A stretch of DNA of 64,000 bases from Elusimicrobia bacterium GWA2_51_34 (GTDB lineage Bacteria > Elusimicrobiota > Elusimicrobia > Elusimicrobiales > UBA9959): assembly GCA_001799565.1 (NCBI GenBank), contig MGTS01000002.1:6645-70644 (forward strand). The letters run 5' to 3'. A program made the position numbers and the translations under genes. The notes beneath the pieces are model-generated. The model did no database searches, was not told the DNA's origin, and saw only the letters and a list, made by a program, of their open reading frames with translations. Positions 20,389-29,773 of the stretch are shown piece by piece; positions within the stretch are counted from its first letter, which is position 1, and each line of letters begins with the position of its first letter.

Positions 20389-20771
20389 TGACAGGCAAGG
20401 AAAAACATATTCTTATTGTGGATGATGAACCGGGATTTCACGAACTGTTCAGGTTTATCCTGGAGCCTTTGGGGTTCACGGTCAGTTCCGCCTACAACGG
20501 CCTGGAAGGACTGGAGCGGCTAAAGGAACATGAATATGACATAATATTCCTCGATGTCCATATGCCGAAGATGACAGGACCGGAGCTTTTGAAGTTAATC
20601 AAGGGAATAAAACCTTTACAACTGGTGGTGATAATGAGCAGCGGTTCCGATCCCCGCCAGGCCTTTGAAACAACTGTTAAAGGATTAGGGGCGGCCGCCT
20701 GCATGTTTAAGCCTTTTGAATTGCATCAGATCATGAAGAATCTTGAACGCATCCCGTGCGCATCAACTTAA
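20388..20771 (+). CDS. Single-domain response regulator
   Basis: VDDE, LDVHMP, KPF; TGATG overlap with the kinase. Confidence 0.9.
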   Translation: MTGKEKHILIVDDEPGFHELFRFILEPLGFTVSSAYNGLEGLERLKEHEYDIIFLDVHMPKMTGPELLKLIKGIKPLQLVVIMSSGSDPRQAFETTVKGLGAAACMFKPFELHQIMKNLERIPCAST

Positions 20772-20817
20772 AATTTCGGCTGTGATCAGAACGAAAAAAG
20801 CGCGGGGCAAAAAACTT

Positions 20818-21171
20818 ATGGACAAAGCGATCCTGGTAGTTGACGACGAGCAGGGGTACCTGGATTTACTCCACCTGGAACTTTCTGATCAGGGCTACAC
20901 CGTTATGACGGCCGTCGGCGGCTCCGAGGCTTTGGAAATCTTAAAAAAAGAGGAGGTGGACCTTATAATTACGGATATGAAAATGCCGAAAATGGACGGG
21001 CTTGACCTTGTAATCGCCAGCAGGCAGTTGCGCCCTGGTATTCCCATTATTCTGATGACGGGATACGCGGTGGAGGAGCGTGTCCAGGAAGCGCTCGCCA
21101 GAAAAGCCGGCGTCTGCCTGCGCAAGCCTTTCAATATCAGCGAACTAATCAGCCTTGTTGAAAAATATTAG
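20818..21171 (+). CDS. Single-domain response regulator
   Basis: VDDE, TDMKMP, MTGY, KPF. Confidence 0.9.
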   Translation: MDKAILVVDDEQGYLDLLHLELSDQGYTVMTAVGGSEALEILKKEEVDLIITDMKMPKMDGLDLVIASRQLRPGIPIILMTGYAVEERVQEALARKAGVCLRKPFNISELISLVEKY

Positions 21172-21180
21172 CTTAAAAAT

Positions 21181-21873
21181 ATGCCTAAAAAAATACTTTT
21201 GGTCGAAGATGATCGTAAAATGCTGGATGTTATGCGGCGCTACCTTGAGAACCGCGGATTTTCCGTTATTTTTACCGATAATGGTTCCGAGGCTCTCATG
21301 CTTGCGCGCGATTCCAAGCCGGACCTGATCGTGGCGGATGTCGGACTGCCGGGGCTTGACGGCTTCGGCTTATGCAAAGCCATAAAATGCTCGGCCGAAA
21401 CCGCGGCTGTGCCGGTGATAATAATTTCGGGAGGAAAAACGGAAGAGGCCGATATTATATCCGGCTACGACAAGGGCGCGGATGACTACCTTACCAAACC
21501 TTTCCCGTTTTCCGTGCTGGCGGCCAAGATAACCGCCGTGCTGCGGCGCTATGGCGCCGGTTCCGGCCCCGCCGCCCGCAAGATACGGGAGCAGGGGCTT
21601 GAGCTTGATCCCGCCGCCCGCACTATGAAATTAGACGGCAAATTGGTGGCCCTGACCCGCAAAGAGTTCGATCTTCTTACCCTCATGCTGGAAAAAAAGG
21701 GGCGGATACTGGGTATCCCTTATATGCTTGAAACGGTCTGGGGTTATGACATGTCTACGTATGATAACCCCCATACGGTTGAAGCTCATATTTGTTCCCT
21801 GAGAAAAAAACTTGGAGGGAAGCTTGCCTCGCGGTTGGTAAATGTTACCGGCCACGGCTATAAATTTGAATAA
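21181..21873 (+). CDS. OmpR/PhoB family response regulator
   Basis: Receiver plus winged helix (LTRKEFDLL, VWG, TVEAHICSLRKKL, GHGYKF). Confidence 0.93.
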   Translation: MPKKILLVEDDRKMLDVMRRYLENRGFSVIFTDNGSEALMLARDSKPDLIVADVGLPGLDGFGLCKAIKCSAETAAVPVIIISGGKTEEADIISGYDKGADDYLTKPFPFSVLAAKITAVLRRYGAGSGPAARKIREQGLELDPAARTMKLDGKLVALTRKEFDLLTLMLEKKGRILGIPYMLETVWGYDMSTYDNPHTVEAHICSLRKKLGGKLASRLVNVTGHGYKFE

Positions 21874-21876
21874 AAT

Positions 21877-22638
21877 ATGAAACCACAAACACAGAAAGAA
21901 ATCAGCTGTCTGCCGGAAAGGAAAAAAATGGCGGCCCTTGGACGGCTATCCTGTAATCTGGCCCACGACTTTAACAATATCCTGGGCGCTATAGAAGGTT
22001 ATGCTACGCTGGCTATGAACGGCGTCAGGGAAGATGATCCCCTAAGGCTTGATTTGCGGGAAATACGCTCGTCTGTGGCCAAGGCCGCCGTTCTTACAAA
22101 ACAGCTTTTTGTTTTCGGTGGTATGCAAATGCTGCATAAGACGCCTTGTGGAGTTAACGAGATAATAGCGAATACGCTTAAACGGACGGAACTGGTCCCA
22201 CTCGGCGATTTTAAAATTGAAGCGCGGCTTGAGCCCGGATTGCCCGCCGTAATGGCCGATGCCGCGCAGTTGGAGCAGGCGCTTGTAAATCTGCTGGTTA
22301 ACGCGCGTGAGGCCATGTCGGGCGGCGGAACGGCTGTTATAAGCGTATCCGCCCTGCGGCTTGAGGGGGACGCGGTAAACTCGCCCGATCCGAAAGCGGC
22401 AGGGGCTATGTTTATGAAAATTGTCGTACAGGACAGCGGTGGGGGAATAAGCGAGGAAATTCTTGAGCGTCTCTTTGAGCCCCTGTTCTCAACCAGGAAA
22501 AAAGGCAACGGCTCCGGCCTGGGGCTTTCCATGGTATACGGCGTAGTCAAAAAGCATAACGGCTGGGTTGAGGTAAAAAGTGAGCCGGGCCGGGGCAGCG
22601 AATTTTCGCTGTTCCTGCCGGTGTCAACTGCCGGGTAG
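21877..22638 (+). CDS. Sensor-less histidine kinase core (HisKA + HATPase only)
   Basis: AHDFNNIL within about 30 aa of the start; GSGLGL. Confidence 0.88.
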   Translation: MKPQTQKEISCLPERKKMAALGRLSCNLAHDFNNILGAIEGYATLAMNGVREDDPLRLDLREIRSSVAKAAVLTKQLFVFGGMQMLHKTPCGVNEIIANTLKRTELVPLGDFKIEARLEPGLPAVMADAAQLEQALVNLLVNAREAMSGGGTAVISVSALRLEGDAVNSPDPKAAGAMFMKIVVQDSGGGISEEILERLFEPLFSTRKKGNGSGLGLSMVYGVVKKHNGWVEVKSEPGRGSEFSLFLPVSTAG

Positions 22639-22889
22639 TTGGCCATCGGGGCAGCTTTCCGCAACTCCCAGTTCCTAATTCCCAACTCCCATTTATTTTG
22701 TTCAAATCGGCGCCATAGGCTGCATTTGCGGTTATAAGCCCTTTTTTGAACAAAATTTGAATTTTCCATGAATTTCCTTTTAACAATACCCCATACACTA
22801 TAGATACAGGGAATTTCAGCGGTTATCAGGTTGTGTCCAGCCGGGCAGTTACCGCCTTTAAAGCTCAATCCGCGCAGCGGAGATAAAAG

Positions 22890-24053
22890 ATGAAGGACAG
22901 AGCATTGAATCCCAAGAAAGTCCTGATCGTGGACGATGATGAAAGCATTCTCCGCGTCTGCGGCAGAACCCTGGCCTCGGAAGGTTTTGAGGTCGTCACT
23001 TCACAAAACGGCGAAGATGCCGTAAAAAAGCTGAAGGAGAGCGAATTCGGCGTTGTTTTCACGGACCTTACTATGCCGGAAATGGGAGGGAAAGAGCTTT
23101 TAAAGCATGTCAGGCAAAACCACAGTTTTACCTGTGTGAATATCTTTACCGGGGCAAGTACGGTAGAAGGGGCCGTGGAATGCATGCGCCTTGGGGCCTG
23201 CGACTATATAAGCAAGCCCTTCGGCATGAATGAATTAACCGCCATGGCCTTTAGGTGCGCGGGACATTACTCCCACCATCTGGAAACGGCGAGACTGAAT
23301 CATGACATTACAGCCTACGCGGAGCTGGATAAATTGAAATCCGAGTTCGTTTCCAATGTTTCACATGAACTACGCACCCCTCTTTTTTCAATCGGCGGGG
23401 CGCTGGACCTCCTGCTCCAGACTATGCCGGAGCTAACGGATGCGGCTTCAAAAAAATTGGTGGAGGTTATGCACAATAATCTTGCCCGCTTAAATTCTAC
23501 TGTCGCTAACGTTCTTAATTTTTCGCGGATAGAAAAAGGCGCTTTCATTCCTGTCTTTAAAAACATGGATCTGGCCGCTTTAGCGCGGAAAGCCATGAAA
23601 GACCTTCACCCTCTATTTGTGCAGCGCGGCATATCCGCGGAGCCAGTGTCCAGTTCCGCGGCGGGCGCCATGATAGAAGCTGATCCGGAACATATGGAGC
23701 AGGTTCTGATAAATCTGCTAGGCAACGCGATAAAATTTACTCCCCGTGGAGGCAGGGTGGGAGTGGAGCTGTCCGGCGGCGCGGACGCGATCCTTATGTG
23801 CGTCTGGGACACAGGGTGCGGCATCGCCCCCCAATATCACAAGAAAGTTTTTGACAGATTTTACCAGGTGGACGGTTCTATTATCAGGGAGACGGGCGGC
23901 TCTGGTATCGGGCTCTCCATTGTGAAGTCCATCATGGAGATGCACGGCGGGAGCGTATGGGTGGAAAGTTCTCCGGAAACAGGGAGCAGGATCAATATCT
24001 CACTGCCCCGGAGCAGGCAAAAAAAAGAGGGGGGGAACCATTATGGAATCTGA
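22890..24053 (+). CDS. REC-HisKA-HATPase hybrid kinase
   Basis: TDLTMP receiver; FVSNVSHELRTP; GGSGIGL. Confidence 0.92.
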   Translation: MKDRALNPKKVLIVDDDESILRVCGRTLASEGFEVVTSQNGEDAVKKLKESEFGVVFTDLTMPEMGGKELLKHVRQNHSFTCVNIFTGASTVEGAVECMRLGACDYISKPFGMNELTAMAFRCAGHYSHHLETARLNHDITAYAELDKLKSEFVSNVSHELRTPLFSIGGALDLLLQTMPELTDAASKKLVEVMHNNLARLNSTVANVLNFSRIEKGAFIPVFKNMDLAALARKAMKDLHPLFVQRGISAEPVSSSAAGAMIEADPEHMEQVLINLLGNAIKFTPRGGRVGVELSGGADAILMCVWDTGCGIAPQYHKKVFDRFYQVDGSIIRETGGSGIGLSIVKSIMEMHGGSVWVESSPETGSRINISLPRSRQKKEGGNHYGI

Positions 24054-24444
24054 TAACAGCAATAAAACCATTCTTGTAGTGGACGATGAGCCCGACATAG
24101 TGTTTGTGCTTACTATGGCCCTGAAAAAACGCGGGTACCATACCGAGGAGGCCTTTAACGGGCTGGAAGCGCTGGCGAAGATCCGGGAACATATACCGGA
24201 CGCGGTGATTATGGATATCATGATGCCTAAAATGGACGGCCGCTCGGTAAACCTGAAATTGAAGCAGGATCCCAAAACCGCCGGCATCCCTGTAATCATC
24301 ATAACCGGAAAAGGAGATTTCAAGGAACTGCTGGACCTTCATGAGGGCGTTAATGTGGCGGCGTATCTTGAGAAACCGTTCCCGATCTCGGTTCTCATGG
24401 AGAAGCTTAACAATATACTCAATGAGGTGGATAGTAGGAAGTAG
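24043..24444 (+). CDS. Single-domain response regulator
   Basis: VDDE, MDIMMP, ITG, EKP. Confidence 0.9.
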   Translation: MESDNSNKTILVVDDEPDIVFVLTMALKKRGYHTEEAFNGLEALAKIREHIPDAVIMDIMMPKMDGRSVNLKLKQDPKTAGIPVIIITGKGDFKELLDLHEGVNVAAYLEKPFPISVLMEKLNNILNEVDSRK

Positions 24445-24499
24445 GAAGTGGGTGGTAGGTAGTGATGCGGAGAGAAAAAAAGTTTTTAGCGGGAGATAT

Positions 24500-27400
24500 A
24501 TGAGCTTGACAGGTTTTAAACTCGATATAAAACCGGAAATCTCTCCCGGCCCTCTCTCTTTGACCCGGTTTTTCCGCCTTTCCCCACATACTACATACTA
24601 CCTACTACCTGCTTTTATGTGTTGCCTTGCAGTATTTAGCGCTTCCCTTTATGCCGGAGGCAGCCGCAATCTATTGCCCGCCGATTTTGCCCTTGGGACC
24701 TCGGAAAACCTGGAAACCACGGACAGTAACATGACCCTTGTGAAAAGATGGACTTTCGGAGGGCAGGGCCCGATGGCCGCCCGCCGGCAGCCGGGCTTCG
24801 CCTTTGATGAAATCCGTAACCTGGCTTTGGTTTTTGGAGGAATGGACGCCAACGGCGCGGCCCTGGGGGATACCTGGCTGTTGGGCTCCGGCTGGACGCA
24901 GCAAACCCCCGCCGGGCCGCCGGCCCCCCGTTATGGACATGGGCTGGTATGGATGGGAGATAAATTCCTGATGTTCGGCGGCTCTTCCGGAAATGATACC
25001 TGGACATACGACATAGTTTCGGATACCTGGACAAGTATTTCCGCGTCTCCCGCGCCCCCCTGGCGGCTTATGCCCGCTATGGCGTATGACCCGGATCTCG
25101 GCAAGGTTGTGATGTTAGGAGGAGTTGATGACAGCCGCACGTGGATATACAATATCGCCGGCTCCAGCTGGACGGCGCTGAATTTATCCCCGGCGCCCTC
25201 CCCCCGCGCGGGGGCTTCCATGGCCTATGACAGGGTCAGTAAAAAAATGGTCCTTTTCGGAGGGAAGAGGGTTTCGGACGGCGCGCTTCTTGACGATACC
25301 TGGACCTTTGACCCTGCCTCCCTTAGCTGGACGGACAAAGCTCCTTCTTCAAGACCTGAAGCCCGCTGGCAGGGGGCAATGGTTTATGATCCCGTAAACG
25401 GAAGCGTACTTCACTATGGAGGTTTTACTTCCGGCTACACAAGTGATATCTGGTTTTACAATTTCGCAGCGAACAAATGGTCAAACCACTATGAATATAA
25501 CCCCGATAAACCGGGCGGACACTATGGCCACGGACTTGTTTACGACGTTCCGAACAGACGGGCGGTCATTTTCGGAGGGATGCAGGACGTGGCTGTCAAA
25601 AGCGTCTGGATCTACAGTTTTCTTTCCACGGGCTCGTGGACATCCGCCCCGCTGGATATATGGGCAGGGTACTCTTCCACCACTACCAGCACCTGGGACA
25701 GTATTTCCGCCGAGTTCAGCGATAAGCCGGCGGATACCGGCGTATTTTTTCAGCTGGCGTCTTCTCCGGATGGGACCGCCTATGATCTTTTCAGGGGTCC
25801 AGACGGATCTATCGGCACATTTTACAGCGCCGGCGCGCCCGTGACCGTATGGTCCGGCCATAATAACAGGCGTTTCATGAAAGTGAAAGCGGACTTCTTC
25901 TCCAATGACCCGCCCGGCAGGCCCAAGGTTTCACTGTTTAATATCGCCTATAACCGGGCTCCCTACGCCCCCGCGCTTGTTTCCCCGGAAAACGGCGGCA
26001 GGACGAACGACTCTACCCCGCTGTTTAAATGGAGCCTGGTTTCCGACGCCGACTCGGATGCGGTACTTTTGTATCAGATCCAGGTGGACAGCGCCCCGGA
26101 ATTTTCGTCTCCGGATATTTCCGGGGAGAATATCGCCGCCGGCGCCGCGGACGTTTCTTTTGCCACCGGAACAATACTCCCGGAGGGAGTCTGGTACTGG
26201 CGGGCTAGAGCCAGGGATCCGGCCGGGCTCTATGGAGACTGGTCCGGCAGCTTCAGCGTAACCGTGGACACTACCACGCCTCCCGGCGCCGTTACGGCTA
26301 TTAGCGCGGCCAGAGGCGCGGCCATAAATTCCGTGCGCCTTACCTGGAACTTTCCGGGAGACGACAAAGGCAGGGTGGATAACGGGATCTACCGGGTGCG
26401 TTTCTCTCCCCTGGGAGAAATACTGACGGATGGAGCCTGGTTGGACGCGGCAGCGACGGAAAGCTCCGGCCTGTTTAGCGCCGCGCCCGGTGAAACCGTG
26501 CAAACCACGGTCACGGGGTTTGCGGACGCGACAACTTACTATTTCGCCGTTAAAACCCAGGATGAACTGGGAAATCTTTCGCCTGTTTCCGCCGTCAGCC
26601 CGTTCACAATGACGGATTCTTCGCCCACCATCTCTCTTATCTCGCCCAACGCGGGGGGGCTTATAATCGGGACCACTGTTATCGCCTGGACGCAGTCCGA
26701 CGCCAATTCCGGCGATTCTATAACCAAAAGGATACTTATCTCTACTGATAGCGGCGCCAGTTACTCCATTCAGATCGCAAGCGGGATAACACCTGGCGCC
26801 ACTTTTTATTTATGGCATTCCCCATGCGTGCTTAATGGTTCCGCCTATAGGATCAAAGTTGAGGCTGTGGATCAAAGAGGGCTCTATGCCTCCGACTCCT
26901 CCGACTTGGATTTTGAAACTGACAATACCAACGAGCCGCCCTCGGTCTATTTCATTTCCGCTCCAGCGGCCGGAGAGGAAGTGTACTCAGGCAGCCTGGC
27001 TATTTCCTGGGGGGTGAGCGATACTAATTCCATGGATACGCATACTTATAATATCCTGCTTTCCGTAAACTCCGGCGGCACTTTTACCACGTTTGTCAGC
27101 GGCTATGCAGGGACCAGCTATACTTTTGACACAAAAATTTTCGCCAATCTGTCCACCTACCAGCTTAAGATCCTGGCAGCGGATTCAGGAACCCCTCAAT
27201 TAACCGCGGCGGTATTGTCGCCTGTTTTCACTATCCTCAACTCCCTTCCGCCAAAGGCGTTCAACCTTATAAAGCCGCTCGATGAAAGTTTTCCCGCGGT
27301 ATTCGATCTTAAATTCTCCTGGACACCGGCCATAGACCCGGAAGGGAGCGCCGTAACATACACGCTGCAGTATTCCACTACCGCCGGTCCGGAGGGGGGG

Positions 27401-28318
27401 ATATCTGTGCCCGGCCTTATCGCGGCGGAGTATACTCCCCCGCTGGATTCACTTATCAGCGACGCGCAATATTTCTGGAAGGTGACGGCCAGGGACCAGT
27501 ACGGGAAAACAACGGACAGCCCTTCCGGCAGTTTTATGCTTTCAAGAACTAAGGCCAGAAGTCCGGACGGAATGCTGCTGGTGGAGATACTTTCCGGAAT
27601 GCCCGCGCAGGGCTGCCTGAGCTTTCAGGACGCCGGCGCTTCACTTGCGGGTGTTATTGAACAGGCAGACCGTAATTCAAAAGGGAACCGGCTTGTTAAT
27701 CTGCTTTCCTATCCGATATGGGACGTGCAGGCCCGGGACGTAAGCGGCAGCGTCCTGTCTGGCGCGGCCATCACGGCCAGGGTCACGTTCACAGTCCCTG
27801 AAGCTGCGCGGCCCGGCGGTCTGGATGCGGCACTCGCGGACCTCCGGCATCTGAAAATAAGCAGGCTGGATGAAACGCTTGCCAGCTGGAATGTCCCGTC
27901 CCCTCAACTCCTGGTTCCGGTTAAAAAACAGGTCAGCGTGTTGGTAAGCGGATTGTCCGTTTTCAGCGTTATCGCCGCGCTAACGCCTACGCAGATACTC
28001 TCGGGCTTGACCAATTTTCCCAACCCTTTTGCCGCCGGCAGGGAAACAACCAGAATACGCTATGTGCTGACCGGAGATTCCGCCGTCAGAATACGCATCT
28101 ACACGCAGCTTGGGGACCTTGTGCGCGTCCTGGACTGTCCCGCCGGTACTTCAGGCTGCGGGAAGGGCGACCCCGTAGGACTGACCAATGAGATAATTTG
28201 GGACGGCAAAAACGGCGAAGGGCGTACGGTGGCCAACGGCGTGTATCCGGCGGAGATACGCGCTAAATCGGCCGCGGGCGAACAGAAGGAAATACGCCAT
28301 ATCGGGGTGCTAAAATGA
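24500..28318 (+). CDS. Large secreted protein: Kelch beta-propeller, FN3/Ig-like repeats, C-terminal FlgD/T9SS-type sorting domain
   Basis: Repeated FGG...DTW Kelch units; YWRARARD FN3 motifs; C-terminal NFPNPF...IYTQLGDLVR...WDGKN..G..VANGVY; GGGAG RBS before ATG 24500 (start uncertain). Confidence 0.82.
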   Translation: MSLTGFKLDIKPEISPGPLSLTRFFRLSPHTTYYLLPAFMCCLAVFSASLYAGGSRNLLPADFALGTSENLETTDSNMTLVKRWTFGGQGPMAARRQPGFAFDEIRNLALVFGGMDANGAALGDTWLLGSGWTQQTPAGPPAPRYGHGLVWMGDKFLMFGGSSGNDTWTYDIVSDTWTSISASPAPPWRLMPAMAYDPDLGKVVMLGGVDDSRTWIYNIAGSSWTALNLSPAPSPRAGASMAYDRVSKKMVLFGGKRVSDGALLDDTWTFDPASLSWTDKAPSSRPEARWQGAMVYDPVNGSVLHYGGFTSGYTSDIWFYNFAANKWSNHYEYNPDKPGGHYGHGLVYDVPNRRAVIFGGMQDVAVKSVWIYSFLSTGSWTSAPLDIWAGYSSTTTSTWDSISAEFSDKPADTGVFFQLASSPDGTAYDLFRGPDGSIGTFYSAGAPVTVWSGHNNRRFMKVKADFFSNDPPGRPKVSLFNIAYNRAPYAPALVSPENGGRTNDSTPLFKWSLVSDADSDAVLLYQIQVDSAPEFSSPDISGENIAAGAADVSFATGTILPEGVWYWRARARDPAGLYGDWSGSFSVTVDTTTPPGAVTAISAARGAAINSVRLTWNFPGDDKGRVDNGIYRVRFSPLGEILTDGAWLDAAATESSGLFSAAPGETVQTTVTGFADATTYYFAVKTQDELGNLSPVSAVSPFTMTDSSPTISLISPNAGGLIIGTTVIAWTQSDANSGDSITKRILISTDSGASYSIQIASGITPGATFYLWHSPCVLNGSAYRIKVEAVDQRGLYASDSSDLDFETDNTNEPPSVYFISAPAAGEEVYSGSLAISWGVSDTNSMDTHTYNILLSVNSGGTFTTFVSGYAGTSYTFDTKIFANLSTYQLKILAADSGTPQLTAAVLSPVFTILNSLPPKAFNLIKPLDESFPAVFDLKFSWTPAIDPEGSAVTYTLQYSTTAGPEGGISVPGLIAAEYTPPLDSLISDAQYFWKVTARDQYGKTTDSPSGSFMLSRTKARSPDGMLLVEILSGMPAQGCLSFQDAGASLAGVIEQADRNSKGNRLVNLLSYPIWDVQARDVSGSVLSGAAITARVTFTVPEAARPGGLDAALADLRHLKISRLDETLASWNVPSPQLLVPVKKQVSVLVSGLSVFSVIAALTPTQILSGLTNFPNPFAAGRETTRIRYVLTGDSAVRIRIYTQLGDLVRVLDCPAGTSGCGKGDPVGLTNEIIWDGKNGEGRTVANGVYPAEIRAKSAAGEQKEIRHIGVLK

Positions 28319-29760
28319 GAATGGCGCGGATGCTCATCTTTTTGCTGGCCTGCCCGGTTTCGGCGCTTGATGTACCGTTCCGCCAGAGGCCCGCCGACGG
28401 AGGCTTGCCCGGCGAATGGCTTACGTCGTTTTCCGCCGGAGCCAGGGACGCCGGACTTGCCGATGCCTCCACCGCCCTTACGGGCGCCGCGGCCGCGTAC
28501 TCCAATCCCGCGGGAATAGCCGTTAATACCTCGGAGGAGGTGGTTTTAATGGTTGCGCCCCTGATCGCTTCAGGGCAGTACCAGGCGGTTTCGGTGTCTT
28601 ACCCTGTTTCGGTTTATGACAGCATGAGCTTTAGTTTTCTGCACCTTGGTTCGGGCGCCGCGGAAAGGACCGACGATCTTGGCCAGTCACTTGGAAGTTT
28701 CAATGAACAGGACTACGCTTTCCTGCTTTCCTACGCCCGGCATACCTCCAAAGATCTGGCCGCCGGCCTCACCCTGAAAGCGGTAAAACAGTCGGTAGCG
28801 GACTTTTCGGCCGTGGGTTTTGGAATAGACCTCGGATTACAGGCAAAGCCGCTGTCGGATCTGACCGTGGGGTTCTCCGTTCTGAACGTGCTTCCGCCGA
28901 AAATTAAATTAAAGGAGGAAAAAGACGTTTTTCCCGTTTCTTACAGAGCGGGAGCCGCTTACAGTTTTTCAGCCCAGCGCACCTTTCTGCTGTGCGTGGA
29001 CGCGGTAATGACCGGGTCGGCTTTCGGACGCCGCATGGTCCGGCCGGGGGCCGCCCTGGAGATGCAGCCGATCTCGGCAGATATACCTTTTCTTGTGCGT
29101 CTTGGAGTTAACCACAGGGAATATACCCTGGGTTTCAGCGTCAAAACGGGGCCGGTCTCTTTTGACTACGCGGCGGCTTTTTATGAGTTGGAGATCCTGC
29201 ACCGGTTCGGGATCACCCTGCGTTATGACGTCATACCCGCTTTTACGGGGAAAAAGAAAAAAGCCGCGCTCCTGGCCCTGAAACAGGAAGCCGGGGAATG
29301 GCTGGACGCCGGCAACTACGCGCAATGCGAGAAAACGGTCCAGCGTATCCTTGAAATAAATAAATCGGACCCCGACGCGCCCATTATCGCAGAGAAAATT
29401 CAAAGCCGCAGAGCGGCCGCTCAAATTTCGCAGCGGTCCGCTCAAAGCGCGGCGCAGGCGCTGGCGCGGCAGGCCGCAGCAAAAGCGCAGGCATTGGCGG
29501 GGTTTGATAAGGCAAAGGGTTTATACCTTGCCGGGCAATACCGCAAAGCGCTGGAAACGATAAAAGACCACCTCCATCTGCTGCAGGACAATCTGCCGGC
29601 GCGGGGGATCGCGTTGATGTCCCAGGCGCATGTTTTCCTGGAAGAAGAGAACTATCCCGAAGCGATGAAACAGCTTCGGAAGGCCGTTGAGATAGAACCG
29701 GACAATCGCGAGGCGGCGCTTCTTTATAAAAGGGTCCAGGATATAACGGAAGCAGACTGA
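28315..29760 (+). CDS. PorV/PorQ-like (FadL-type) outer-membrane barrel with C-terminal TPR region
   Basis: Signal peptide, GAR..GLA.A..A......YSNPAG motif, amphipathic strands ending HRFGITLRY, then TPRs. Confidence 0.78.
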   Translation: MRMARMLIFLLACPVSALDVPFRQRPADGGLPGEWLTSFSAGARDAGLADASTALTGAAAAYSNPAGIAVNTSEEVVLMVAPLIASGQYQAVSVSYPVSVYDSMSFSFLHLGSGAAERTDDLGQSLGSFNEQDYAFLLSYARHTSKDLAAGLTLKAVKQSVADFSAVGFGIDLGLQAKPLSDLTVGFSVLNVLPPKIKLKEEKDVFPVSYRAGAAYSFSAQRTFLLCVDAVMTGSAFGRRMVRPGAALEMQPISADIPFLVRLGVNHREYTLGFSVKTGPVSFDYAAAFYELEILHRFGITLRYDVIPAFTGKKKKAALLALKQEAGEWLDAGNYAQCEKTVQRILEINKSDPDAPIIAEKIQSRRAAAQISQRSAQSAAQALARQAAAKAQALAGFDKAKGLYLAGQYRKALETIKDHLHLLQDNLPARGIALMSQAHVFLEEENYPEAMKQLRKAVEIEPDNREAALLYKRVQDITEAD

Positions 29761-29773
29761 GGCGTTGACATTT

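Noticed and set aside
21999-22868. 289-aa minus-strand ORF and other long antisense ORFs
   Set aside because: Shadow frames of well-supported genes with no recognisable motifs
24341-24499. N-terminal extension of the 1325-aa ORF
   Set aside because: Overlaps the preceding regulator and runs through a tandem-repeat array; RBS supports ATG 24500
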